From: Escherichia phage nieznany
Strand: one strand, 5' to 3'
Sequence record: NC_052659.1
Length of the DNA: 64,000 nt
Below the pieces are notes generated by a model. The model was not told the origin of the DNA, searched no databases, and was given only the letters and a program-made list of their open reading frames with translations. Both the position numbers and the translations under genes were made by a program. Each line of letters starts with the position of its first letter. Position 1 is the stretch's first letter. Shown piece after piece: positions 43,401 through 52,979 of the stretch.

Positions 43401-46400
43401 TTAGGTTGTTGGCACATCTACTACTGGCGTTGGGCGAATAACCGCAGTATTACCTACAGAAACATTACTGGAATCATTAGGTATGGTTTTAATTCTAACT
43501 CCAGCACTTGTAGGCGTTACAATTGGATCTGCAATGTCTATTTTAACTGGGTTAGTCCACGTATCATTATCTTGATAAGGTGCACGAGTAATAACTGTGT
43601 CCAAATCTGCTCCACCTACGCCAGCACCAGGAATACGGATACGTGTCCCTGCTGATAGAGGGTAATGATACAACCAAGAAGCATTTGTTGCTGTCCCGTT
43701 AGGAGTCAAGTTCTGTGTCAGGAAGGTATCTCCTGCCTGTGTAGCTCGAATACCGAAAGCTGGGATATCTGGAATATATGCCCCACTTGTTGTTACAAGG
43801 AAGAACGTATTATCCGCCTTGACTATCATATCACCTTTGTCAAACTCTTTCCCTGTTGGGAAATGCATTCCATCAATGTTTCGACTAGGATTAGGCTCTA
43901 AGTAATAAACTTTGCCCGTTGTCCCTACAATAGCTCCAATACCACCTGCGATATTGGTATACATATTAGCTTCAACATTACAGTTGACACGATGAATATC
44001 CGAGTAACGGCAACGGCTCCACTGTGGACGACCAGTAACCATCGTCTTGCCATCTGGGTAACAGTTTACGTTAACCATTTCAAGAACAGATTTTTCTCTA
44101 CGGAAGAATCCATCATAAAATGTCCCTGGACCAGATTCAGGTTGACCAACACAATCGAAGATATTACAGGTGATGTTAGACATTGAAAGCCAAGAAGCTA
44201 TACCGAACAACTGCAATGCAGCGCAACGAATATTTTCAAAGCTAACTCTGTTTTCATAACCTGGCCCAGCGGAAACTCCTGCAAAAACACGCCCAGTTTT
44301 GGTGTGAATGTTACGAACAGAATAGTTAAAGCATGGGTTTGAAGGTCTACCCTGTGCCGGAACTACCGGATTACCCTCTTCGTCCAGAACTGCGTTAGTT
44401 CCCCACTCCAAATAAATCATACGGATATTACTTGCAAGTGTGCTACCGTCTGTTTTAGGTTCTCCATAAACACCGTCAATCGTAAAATCTTTACTTCCAT
44501 ACATTACAACTGCGCCAGTTGCCAAACCTGTTCCAACAGATACGGTTTGATCTGGATCGCCATGAATGTTTTCGATAGAAATATTACGACCAACTTCTAC
44601 GTGGACAATCTGACGGCAACGTTTTGCAAAAACGTTACGAATTGTAATATTCTTGCAATATTGATCATCAGAGATTCCGTAACCATATGGTCCTTTACCA
44701 GCTACACCGATACCGATACCCCAGTTGGACAGAGGAATAGGAGCGTTAGTCCCATCGATATTAGACAGGTAAATATTCTCAATCACACAACCATCGTCAT
44801 AATGTTTATTGATGACGTTCAGTTCTATTGCATCACCTTGCATGTCCATGAAGGTAAGGTTACGGAAGACACCGCGTGTTACTGGCTCCCCTGTCCCTTG
44901 TTGAAGGATGCCATATAACCCGTTTTTAAAAGTACAATTATCAATTTCAAAAGTACCTGATATTGGGTTGCCTTGGAATACCAAGCTACCAACTTGACCT
45001 GCGCGAGGAGCACCGTCCCACAAACAATCGAACATGCGCACAGCACCACCCCAATACATAACACGAGAGTTACGGAAAGTTGTGCCTTCTACTGTAGCAT
45101 TCTGCACACGATAGTCGCGTTGACCACGGAACACACCCCCACGCAAAGTGATACCTTGAATATCAAAAGAGCTTGTCGTGAAAGTCATATCGCAACCGTA
45201 AGCATCGAGAATCTTACTTTTCGAAGCTTTTGCTGCTAACAGTGCCGCCTGGAAAGCTGCTTCTGGTGTGGTATAGGTGGTTGTATTGTTAGCAAATTCT
45301 GACAAGTAGACAACATCGAATAAATCATTGTATGTTCCACCGCGAGGGGTTAACAGTCCTTCTGTATTAGTTAGAACCCATGCGTTTGGACCTAATCCAC
45401 CGCTTGTCTCCAATGTGTCAGAGGCCAAAATACTTTTTGGTAAACTCCCCGCCCAACGATAACGACCAGCACCACGTCCAATCGTCTGATTTTTAGCTGT
45501 CAGAGTTACATTATTACCAAAGCTTGTAGGCAAATGAACAAACTGTCCACGTTCAACAGCCAGTGCAGAAAGATCTACAGATCCCCCAGAGTAAGTCATT
45601 ACTCCAGAAACAGACAGGGATGTTAAAGTTCCTGTAATGTTAGGAGGTAGTGTGTAGGAAGACTGTGCTACCGGATCATATAGGGCTTTAATACCTGTTA
45701 AAGACTGTCCTGCTGTAGCATAAGCTACCTCATCATCTAACAAACCATACTTACGAGCAATGGTTTGCAGCGGAACTTTATCCATGCTTTCTGTCAGTTC
45801 TTCAGTTTTTGTTTCTAAACTGACAAGACGGTTCTCTAAGTTAGGATCTGTATCTGCGGAAGCTACAATTTTACCAATGTAAGCAAAAAGCTTGTTTGGT
45901 AATCCTGTTGCAGGATCATGCCCCAAAGGTTCAGATAAAATGATTTTACTATCTTCTATGCGGAAAGCTTCTCCCAAAACCTGAATAACACCATTGATCG
46001 TAACAATAGCACTATCAAAGATGTAGGGTGGACTGATTACTGTTTCATAACCAGTTGCACCAGAATATACCCAAGGGGTGACTTCTGTTGCCAATTGTTC
46101 TGTCTTCAGTCCCCACAATACCCAGTTGTTATCTCCTACTGGAGTCCCTTGCATAGGGATTGGGTTAACCAATGTAGCGTTAGGAGCATAGTAATAACCG
46201 CTCAATACCCCATTCTGGAAATAACGAAGTTGGTTAAAAACTGTTTCGTTTGTGCCTTGCGCCCAATCTAATGGGCTTTTAAAGAAAAAGTTGTCAACAA
46301 GGGCTTTTCTCAGGGTTGGTATCAACCCTGATTCTGTTTCAATACTCTCTGTAGCACTTCCATTAATAACATCATGGAGTTGGTTAGATGAGAAAATAAC

Positions 46401-46454
46401 CAGGTCTACGCCCTGTTCGAGAGACGTTGCTGGATATGTTGGGAATGTTGCCAT
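43401..46454 (-). CDS. tailspike protein with right-handed beta-helix (pectate-lyase-like), putative polysaccharide depolymerase
   Basis: 1017 aa; central region with repeated N.T..N / I.N beta-helix rungs (NCTFKNGLYGILQQG, NITIRNVFAKRC, NISIENIHGD); distinct N-terminal anchoring domain. Confidence 0.5.
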   Translation of the reverse strand: MATFPTYPATSLEQGVDLVIFSSNQLHDVINGSATESIETESGLIPTLRKALVDNFFFKSPLDWAQGTNETVFNQLRYFQNGVLSGYYYAPNATLVNPIPMQGTPVGDNNWVLWGLKTEQLATEVTPWVYSGATGYETVISPPYIFDSAIVTINGVIQVLGEAFRIEDSKIILSEPLGHDPATGLPNKLFAYIGKIVASADTDPNLENRLVSLETKTEELTESMDKVPLQTIARKYGLLDDEVAYATAGQSLTGIKALYDPVAQSSYTLPPNITGTLTSLSVSGVMTYSGGSVDLSALAVERGQFVHLPTSFGNNVTLTAKNQTIGRGAGRYRWAGSLPKSILASDTLETSGGLGPNAWVLTNTEGLLTPRGGTYNDLFDVVYLSEFANNTTTYTTPEAAFQAALLAAKASKSKILDAYGCDMTFTTSSFDIQGITLRGGVFRGQRDYRVQNATVEGTTFRNSRVMYWGGAVRMFDCLWDGAPRAGQVGSLVFQGNPISGTFEIDNCTFKNGLYGILQQGTGEPVTRGVFRNLTFMDMQGDAIELNVINKHYDDGCVIENIYLSNIDGTNAPIPLSNWGIGIGVAGKGPYGYGISDDQYCKNITIRNVFAKRCRQIVHVEVGRNISIENIHGDPDQTVSVGTGLATGAVVMYGSKDFTIDGVYGEPKTDGSTLASNIRMIYLEWGTNAVLDEEGNPVVPAQGRPSNPCFNYSVRNIHTKTGRVFAGVSAGPGYENRVSFENIRCAALQLFGIASWLSMSNITCNIFDCVGQPESGPGTFYDGFFRREKSVLEMVNVNCYPDGKTMVTGRPQWSRCRYSDIHRVNCNVEANMYTNIAGGIGAIVGTTGKVYYLEPNPSRNIDGMHFPTGKEFDKGDMIVKADNTFFLVTTSGAYIPDIPAFGIRATQAGDTFLTQNLTPNGTATNASWLYHYPLSAGTRIRIPGAGVGGADLDTVITRAPYQDNDTWTNPVKIDIADPIVTPTSAGVRIKTIPNDSSNVSVGNTAVIRPTPVVDVPTT

Positions 46455-46457
46455 TAA

Positions 46458-46793
46458 TTACCCCTTATTCTGTGTACGTTTAACTATGTCATCTAGCATC
46501 ATTTGGATAGTCGCATTCTTGAGATCCATAATCTTTTCAATTTTTTGCTCAAGGGTGTTGTTATTTGCCATTAATGTAGAGTTAATTTGATTTAGCATCT
46601 GGGTAAGTTCGGCTTTAGTTGCGTAAGTTGATTCAACAAAGACCAACTTCTTCTCTAGCTCTCGACTTTTCTCCTCCATTTCCTCAAGATCAGAGCCGAA
46701 TTTATCCATTTTTTGTTTGAAAAAGAACCAGATGACTCCGATTAAAGGGATAATTGCATCCTTGGCAAGTCCCCATGCTTCTTGAAATTCCAT
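46458..46793 (-). CDS. hypothetical protein with N-terminal TM helix and coiled coil (111 aa)
   Basis: Hydrophobic IIPLIGVIWFFF then E/K-rich heptads. Confidence 0.4.
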   Translation of the reverse strand: MEFQEAWGLAKDAIIPLIGVIWFFFKQKMDKFGSDLEEMEEKSRELEKKLVFVESTYATKAELTQMLNQINSTLMANNNTLEQKIEKIMDLKNATIQMMLDDIVKRTQNKG

Positions 46794-46803
46794 ACTGTAT
46801 CCC

Positions 46804-47343
46804 TTACTGAGTAGGTCTATCAGGCCACTGAATGTTGTTCAAGTCTTTCAGATCTAATAGAACTAAAGATGCTCGGTATAACTTAACAGCTTTTAACCAT
46901 TTTTCTTGTTCCTCTGACAAACCTTGCAACTCCTGCAAATCTGTCAAAGCACCTATTTGGTTTCCAGCCCACGTCAATTCTGTCTCTAGTGTAGTATCCA
47001 CGTCTTCTTGTGTCCAAGTATTGTGTTTTTCAAAAGTTGTTCCGTTATATCTCCATTGTCTTGGATATTCGGTCATACCTTTTGGAACACTATCTGTAAC
47101 AACAACACGCATATTGTGGGGGAATAATCCTACCGCATCTTCCCCTACACCTAAAACTAAATTATCAGTATTCAAACTAACAAAATATGCATCAGGATAC
47201 TTAGCATCCAACTCTTTCGACAAATCGTACCAATCCCTGCCAGACGAATCTCTTAAAAATCCTACCCCTAAACCAATTAAAAAGAGCGTATCTTCATTAG
47301 GTTCTGGAGTATATAGTTCAAAACCATCGTAAACAATGTTCAT
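46804..47343 (-). CDS. possible tail fibre assembly chaperone
   Basis: 179 aa immediately downstream of a fibre gene, as for Tfa/gpG-type chaperones; context only. Confidence 0.3.
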   Translation of the reverse strand: MNIVYDGFELYTPEPNEDTLFLIGLGVGFLRDSSGRDWYDLSKELDAKYPDAYFVSLNTDNLVLGVGEDAVGLFPHNMRVVVTDSVPKGMTEYPRQWRYNGTTFEKHNTWTQEDVDTTLETELTWAGNQIGALTDLQELQGLSEEQEKWLKAVKLYRASLVLLDLKDLNNIQWPDRPTQ

Positions 47344-47358
47344 TATTTATTCTCCTAC

Positions 47359-48390
47359 TTAGTAGCTTACTGTTACCCATCCACCATTTACATAGTACTG
47401 CAATGGCCCAGACCAATAAGAAGCACCACGAAGTTCTTTCTTATTACCGAAAGCCCAACCAGTCATAACGTGACCAGCATAGTAAGGGGATTCTGATACA
47501 CCTAACTGAATACGTCCATTAATACGAACTGCCGTTACACGTGCATTCACTTGACTTTGAAGGGAGTTTATTTGATTTTGTAAGCTGTTTTGCAAATTAT
47601 CAATACGAGAATTTAAATTGCTATTAACATTATTCAAATTGTTTTGAACACTGTTAATGTTTGTTTGTAATGTATTTTGAAGAGAGCTTAAACGAGAGTT
47701 CAAATAATCTAAGCGGACCAAAGCATTTCCATTTGAAGTGTCTTGTCCATTGTTTGATCTTGGATTATCGATTAGAACATAACCCGCATCATATAAACGA
47801 ACGCCAGCAGCTACACTACCTGTGCTAGGATTTCTACGATAAATGTAAAGCTGACCACCGCTTTGATACTCAGCAGAAATCTCACCATTTGTTTGTCCTG
47901 CAAAGTTTTTGAAGAATAGAGTTGCAGGATCTGTTGTGGAAGTGCCATTAACATAGATATCTCCGCCGTAAATAGCACCACCTGCGTCACGTTTTACCAA
48001 TACATTTGGTGTTACTATGGAACTAGTAGCATCTGTAATATTTGCCGACAAGTGATTATGACTGTTATCTAGAACTTGAATAGATAAAGTAACTTCTTTA
48101 TCACCATTCCAAGTAGCCTCACCAGTAGCATCACCTGCCATTGTAATCTTAGTTCCAACTAAAGGTAAGTAAGTATTAGGTAAAGTTGGAAGAAAGTCAT
48201 CTACCAAATAGCGAATCCATAAACCGATATTATTAAGAATCCAGTTCATTTCTTCGCAAGTCATGATTTGACCATAATCCATACCAACTGTGCGGATGGT
48301 TTCTTTAGGTCTAATTTTGTTTGTGTTTAAAGTTCCTGGGAGCGTTACAGTTTGTGTAGCCCAGTCAGGATAATATATTGGCTTCGCCAT
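47359..48390 (-). CDS. tail fibre protein (343 aa)
   Basis: N/Q/S/L-rich coiled coil (NNLNNVNSNLNSRIDNLQNSLQNQINSLQSQVN) with a Gly/Tyr-rich C-terminal knob; follows J/I-like baseplate genes. Confidence 0.5.
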   Translation of the reverse strand: MAKPIYYPDWATQTVTLPGTLNTNKIRPKETIRTVGMDYGQIMTCEEMNWILNNIGLWIRYLVDDFLPTLPNTYLPLVGTKITMAGDATGEATWNGDKEVTLSIQVLDNSHNHLSANITDATSSIVTPNVLVKRDAGGAIYGGDIYVNGTSTTDPATLFFKNFAGQTNGEISAEYQSGGQLYIYRRNPSTGSVAAGVRLYDAGYVLIDNPRSNNGQDTSNGNALVRLDYLNSRLSSLQNTLQTNINSVQNNLNNVNSNLNSRIDNLQNSLQNQINSLQSQVNARVTAVRINGRIQLGVSESPYYAGHVMTGWAFGNKKELRGASYWSGPLQYYVNGGWVTVSY

Positions 48391-48399
48391 TTAAACTCC

Positions 48400-49029
48400 T
48401 TAATCTATTTGCTTGAGAAGCGTACACATGCGTCCTGTTTCATCCCCAGTAGATTCCATATACAGGGAACCTAAACCACCAATACCATGAGGCGGTTTGG
48501 TAGCATAATAAGAACTAAAACCAAAAGCTGATCCTGCTTTTGCTCCAAGACGGTAGCTACTAATGATAGGGAAAACACTTAGCAACTGTTCTAAAGCTTG
48601 ATCAGATTGAAGACACAGGTTGTAGAAAAACACATCAAAGGTTTTATTCAAACCTACGTAAGTATTAAGCGTTTCACGCTCTGTTCCTGTGAAACGGGCG
48701 AAGATATCAATTATGTCACCACGAGTCCCCGATGAGGCTACGCGGTAAGCCCTGATTTTTAATATTGTTCTATACTCTTCATCATCAGAGCCATTACGTT
48801 CGATCCCCATTTCTTCTCCTAAGATATCTAGGTATTTGCCTGTGGCTGTGGAGATCAAGCGGTGTTTAGCAAGATAGATCATTGCCTGATCTATCTTTTG
48901 CTTTTCACTGGATACGATGTAGAGGAGCTTGACAATGTTAGGAGAAGATTTAAAATCTTCAATCAGAAGGTTTTTAACGTCTTCATTGATACTGGCCCAA
49001 GTTGTTACATGGTCAACACTCACTGCCAT
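48400..49029 (-). CDS. baseplate protein (gpI-like by position)
   Basis: 209 aa directly downstream of the J-like gene; context only. Confidence 0.35.
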   Translation of the reverse strand: MAVSVDHVTTWASINEDVKNLLIEDFKSSPNIVKLLYIVSSEKQKIDQAMIYLAKHRLISTATGKYLDILGEEMGIERNGSDDEEYRTILKIRAYRVASSGTRGDIIDIFARFTGTERETLNTYVGLNKTFDVFFYNLCLQSDQALEQLLSVFPIISSYRLGAKAGSAFGFSSYYATKPPHGIGGLGSLYMESTGDETGRMCTLLKQID

Positions 49030-49031
49030 TT

Positions 49032-50519
49032 TTACACTCCATACTCGTAAGAAATGTTATCAAGGTCAAAAGAAGGGACAACATTATAAGCAGGAACTAT
49101 ATTATTCTCTGTATATTTACTGTCATCCTCAGTATTAAGTTTAACATAAACACGAAGAGAAGTCAAGCGTCCAAAAGCAAGTGCTGCATAAATAACACCT
49201 TTGATTTGATCGTTCGTTACTGAAGAACCTAATTCAAAGTAAGCTTGCAGGTTTTGTAAAGCTTCTACGATGTTTTGTTTTTCTGTTCCACTTAAAGTTG
49301 TTCCGTTGACAGTTTGATAAACAAGTTTTACAGAATACATAGCAGAAGCACCAGGGGAGAAGCGAATAATTTCTTGTCCTCCATCTTCTGTTGTAACTGT
49401 TATGTTAGTTGTTCCGTGTGTCAAAGTGTTGATTGGTTTGGTTTTATAGATAACATTTGCAATTTCTTCAGCACTCCCTCCATAAACTATAGTCTGGAAA
49501 GTCATAGCTGGAGCATGTTCTTGATCATGTAACGTAGGGTTATCATAAATCTTCACCTTAGTAACACCATCTGTAAGTAACAGAGCTTTCACAATAGCTG
49601 CTCGTGTCCCTGCGTTAGCTTCGTCAACGTTGTCATTGAAACGAGAGCGGAATTCTGCGTCTGTCTCAACATCTCGACCAGGGGAAAATGAATAGAAGTT
49701 ACCACTATCAAGATAACCTGTAAAGGTAGAAGATATCCCTGTAATAGACTCCACACCAACAGGATTGTATCCTTTCTCTGCTGCAACTACCGGAATCTCA
49801 CTCCACTTGGTTCCAACCGGAACACTAGCATAAAATTTAATAGGAGTTACCAGCCCCACTGGAGTATCACTGGTTAAAGAAGTAAAACCAATTGATAAGT
49901 TACCTGAATCAGAAAATACAAGACTACGATCAGCTTCTGTTAAATTCGCCTTGATAAAAGTTTCAAGATCGGTTATAAATGTAGAAGAACCAGGTGCAAG
50001 TGTTTTACTGTTTAGTCCTCCATCCACCGCACTTTGTGCATAAAAAGTAATATTTGGAACACCTGTAGCAGTTGCATTAGCACGAGAGATTTGATAAGCT
50101 GCAATCTTAGCATTCAACATAGTTGGTGTGCTAACATAGTAGTTCATATCACTATCAGAGTTGAAGTAAATATCCGTGCCTAACTCATAAGTCCAAGCTG
50201 CTTTGTTATTACTCTTAACATAGGCATAACCTGTACTTGCTGCTGCCCCTGCTCGATAGAAACCGCGTTTAGAAAAGATTTCGTCAAGATAAATACCTTC
50301 TGCACCATCCAGTGTTTGAGTATTATAAACACCTTGCATACCTTCCCACAATGTGTAATCTGTGTACGCAATTATTCTAAACAGTTGTCCGATCACAGTA
50401 TCTTCCGAAGTGGCTGCATCTGCACCAAATGTGTTTTTTACTGCTGTCATATAATTGTTTAGAACATCGTCAAAAGTCGGGATTACAAATCCCGCATCTG
50501 TCAAACCATATTCGTCCAT
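49032..50519 (-). CDS. baseplate J-like protein
   Basis: N-terminal region (..TVIGQLFRIIAYTDYTLWEGMQ..DGAEGIYLDEIFSKRGFYRAGAAASTGYAYV) fits the baseplate J family pattern; 495 aa. Confidence 0.5.
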   Translation of the reverse strand: MDEYGLTDAGFVIPTFDDVLNNYMTAVKNTFGADAATSEDTVIGQLFRIIAYTDYTLWEGMQGVYNTQTLDGAEGIYLDEIFSKRGFYRAGAAASTGYAYVKSNNKAAWTYELGTDIYFNSDSDMNYYVSTPTMLNAKIAAYQISRANATATGVPNITFYAQSAVDGGLNSKTLAPGSSTFITDLETFIKANLTEADRSLVFSDSGNLSIGFTSLTSDTPVGLVTPIKFYASVPVGTKWSEIPVVAAEKGYNPVGVESITGISSTFTGYLDSGNFYSFSPGRDVETDAEFRSRFNDNVDEANAGTRAAIVKALLLTDGVTKVKIYDNPTLHDQEHAPAMTFQTIVYGGSAEEIANVIYKTKPINTLTHGTTNITVTTEDGGQEIIRFSPGASAMYSVKLVYQTVNGTTLSGTEKQNIVEALQNLQAYFELGSSVTNDQIKGVIYAALAFGRLTSLRVYVKLNTEDDSKYTENNIVPAYNVVPSFDLDNISYEYGV

Positions 50520-50761
50520 TAGTCATCCTCTTTGGTAGATTGTGATCTGCCCCAACGTAAATCAATAAGATTTTTCATGAGGCGAGAAGGGGTTATCATG
50601 AAAACAAAAGCCCAACCCATCCATTCAGGAATTTCTTTTTCTATTCCTAAAAAGATAAACATGCCTGTCATAACCGACATGCCTACAGCGTTCCAGACTT
50701 TAGTAGAACTGACTTTATTATCAGGATATGTACAGAACATACCTATTAAAAATTTTCTCAT
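50519..50761 (-). CDS. small membrane protein (80 aa, two TM helices, charged C-terminus)
   Basis: Hydrophobicity pattern; coupled ORF. Confidence 0.4.
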   Translation of the reverse strand: MRKFLIGMFCTYPDNKVSSTKVWNAVGMSVMTGMFIFLGIEKEIPEWMGWAFVFMITPSRLMKNLIDLRWGRSQSTKEDD

Positions 50762-51066
50762 AGTGCGTTCTCATTACTTTTTAAATCACGAGATACAACT
50801 AATTCCCCAAGGTCTACAGAACCCGCTGAATGCACAAATACAGCAGCACTAAGACTAATGGCAGTAGTACCTGGGGCAATATCAGCAGGTAGGGAATACG
50901 CCCTTTGCGTCTCCTTATCATAGATAACCTTATACCCACCCAAATCCACACCAACTGAGAAGTAAACAACCTCAGATTGTTTAACTCCAAAGTGACGGGC
51001 TACTGCTTGTTTATTGGTTAAGATTCCGGTTGAACCTTTACCACCTTGTGAGAACATTTCGTTCAT
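50758..51066 (-). CDS. hypothetical protein (102 aa)
   Basis: Coupled ORF. Confidence 0.45.
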   Translation of the reverse strand: MNEMFSQGGKGSTGILTNKQAVARHFGVKQSEVVYFSVGVDLGGYKVIYDKETQRAYSLPADIAPGTTAISLSAAVFVHSAGSVDLGELVVSRDLKSNENAL

Positions 51067-51084
51067 AACGACCTCTTTGTTTTT

Positions 51085-51110
51085 CTAAAAAACCCCTCCG
51101 AAGAGGGGTG
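51085..51110 (-). terminator. rho-independent terminator (minus strand)
   Basis: ACCCCTC-TTCG-GAGGGGT hairpin followed by UUUUUUAG on the minus-strand transcript. Confidence 0.55.
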
Positions 51111-51139
51111 CTTATTAATACTAACAATAGTCGATGTTT

Positions 51140-51421
51140 TCAACAGTCAATACTAGTTGCTGCGTAAGGAGGCGCTAATTTTGTGGGAACGTGACGCTGT
51201 TCGAAAGCAACGCACGCAGCGGCATACAGTGCATCTATTGCAGGCAACGGAAACATCGACAGTGCACAGGCGTCACGAAACTCGTTCAGATCAGGCTTAT
51301 TCCCATAGACTTTAACGGCAATATTTGGTTTAAGGTAAAAACCAGCACTCCACCCATCACCCCGTACTTCAAGAATGGCAACGCCAACCGCTGTAAATTT
51401 TTCAAATTTCATCTTAAACAT
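51140..51421 (-). CDS. hypothetical protein (93 aa)
   Basis: ORF upstream of the internal terminator. Confidence 0.45.
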   Translation of the reverse strand: MFKMKFEKFTAVGVAILEVRGDGWSAGFYLKPNIAVKVYGNKPDLNEFRDACALSMFPLPAIDALYAAACVAFEQRHVPTKLAPPYAATSIDC

Positions 51422-51572
51422 TCTCCATAGATTCGTTGTTATGAGCAGAATTTTCTCGGTCTAACTCTGCCTGTAATGCATTCATCGCTACAGTAAAGGC
51501 AGGAACTTCCTGCCCAGTTAAATTAACTCTCAGCATAAACTGCATGATATTTTGAATAGTTTGCTTATCCAT
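51414..51572 (-). CDS. small hypothetical protein (52 aa)
   Basis: Minus-strand ATG with AGGA SD; stop overlaps the next start (ATGTTTAA); below ORF-track cut-off. Confidence 0.3.
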   Translation of the reverse strand: MDKQTIQNIMQFMLRVNLTGQEVPAFTVAMNALQAELDRENSAHNNESMENV

Positions 51573-51612
51573 GATTATTCCTATTAAGTTGGGCCAATAA
51601 GACCGTGTGTGA

Positions 51613-52971
51613 TTAGAGCATCAGATAATTTTTTACATATCTGGCCAATTCTACCAGCGTCATTGTTTCGGTATTTTTGACCGTGCCATCCGCTGTTCCA
51701 CCTAGCTGGAAAATTCCAGTTTGTCTGACTGAAAGAACTTTAGTGCTGTTTATAGATATGTTCATATTTCTGAAGTTAAATGCACCTGTCGCATCTTCGT
51801 AACCAATCCACTTCGTTACTCCGGCGACCGGACCCCAGTAAATCCTATGGTCTATATCTAAGTTTATTGCATTACTTTCTTGAAATCTCGCACCAAGAGT
51901 GTTCAGACCATATGTGAAGTTGATTCCAGTTCCGTCAGCCCGTGGACCAAGTTTTATTCCTCCATAACGATGAAGGTTAGACACTGACCCTTCGATTTTC
52001 AGCTGTTGAGTATCTTCCAAATAAGCATTTTTCCAATCTCCGGAAGGGAGCACACCACCCCTTCTAAGCCTCATGCCTATCCACCAGCCAGACTCTCCTA
52101 CTGGACGGTTTGAGCCATCTCCAACGTCAATTCCAATACCACAAGCTGAACCACCGTCCGCAGTAGTAACGATAAGACCTCGATAAGGCCCCTCCCCTGT
52201 GGGAAGGTTTTCCGGATGAGGCTGAGATGAGAATGAATTCACCAGATTTAATTCACATCCGACTAACTGAGAAGAGCGCACTCCAGAGCCATCATTACCA
52301 TTCCCTGCCTGACCCCAAAGACCCCAAACCCTCCCGTTTCGTCCTATAGCTTTACCAGAACCATGTACGCCTATAGCGTCAACTGATTTTCCAGAGGTTA
52401 ATACATCACCAGCCGAAGATCTTACATAGCCCGAGACACCAATCCCAAAGGCTGACGCCTCCGGTTCAAGGGTTATCGTTCCCTGCATAGCAACATCAAA
52501 CCATTTTGTGCCCCCCTCTTCCCTTTTCATCTTGGAGGTTTTTTCTGCCCAGATTAATGGGTAAGGGTTTTCGGCTCCGGCTCCGGGTAAACCGCGCTTT
52601 AATTTGAACCCACCAGAATAGTTCCTAAACGAAGGATATATATTAAACGTTGCATCAACAGTATTGGGCCAATACCCTTCTGGGACAAGGTAGGTAAGGC
52701 CCGTGTTGTTCGCGGCAGTAATAGCTACCGTATTGGATTCGGAATCCCCTTTGGCTCCGCCAGCGAACCCACCCCACGTAATTGGTTTTGGAATATCACC
52801 AATAAGACCAGCCCCACCTGAATCTTTCAACTGGGTGGCTAAAACCACCCCAGTGTCAGTAAGAAAGTTGGAAACTGTGCTTTTAACAGTCTTATCAGGT
52901 TGATCTAAAACCAGGTAATCTGAACCATTAACTTTTGATGTTTCGGGTAAATTAGTAATTGTAGTTGACAT
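51613..52971 (-). CDS. tail/baseplate structural protein (452 aa)
   Basis: G/S/T-rich beta composition; within structural operon. Confidence 0.4.
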   Translation of the reverse strand: MSTTITNLPETSKVNGSDYLVLDQPDKTVKSTVSNFLTDTGVVLATQLKDSGGAGLIGDIPKPITWGGFAGGAKGDSESNTVAITAANNTGLTYLVPEGYWPNTVDATFNIYPSFRNYSGGFKLKRGLPGAGAENPYPLIWAEKTSKMKREEGGTKWFDVAMQGTITLEPEASAFGIGVSGYVRSSAGDVLTSGKSVDAIGVHGSGKAIGRNGRVWGLWGQAGNGNDGSGVRSSQLVGCELNLVNSFSSQPHPENLPTGEGPYRGLIVTTADGGSACGIGIDVGDGSNRPVGESGWWIGMRLRRGGVLPSGDWKNAYLEDTQQLKIEGSVSNLHRYGGIKLGPRADGTGINFTYGLNTLGARFQESNAINLDIDHRIYWGPVAGVTKWIGYEDATGAFNFRNMNISINSTKVLSVRQTGIFQLGGTADGTVKNTETMTLVELARYVKNYLML

Positions 52972-52979
52972 TTTTACTC

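Noticed and set aside
46832-47332. 166-aa plus-strand ORF inside the structural block
   Set aside because: Antisense to a minus-strand gene in a uniformly leftward operon; Ser-rich low-complexity; spurious (same reasoning for other plus-strand ORFs between 38.6 and 64 kb)
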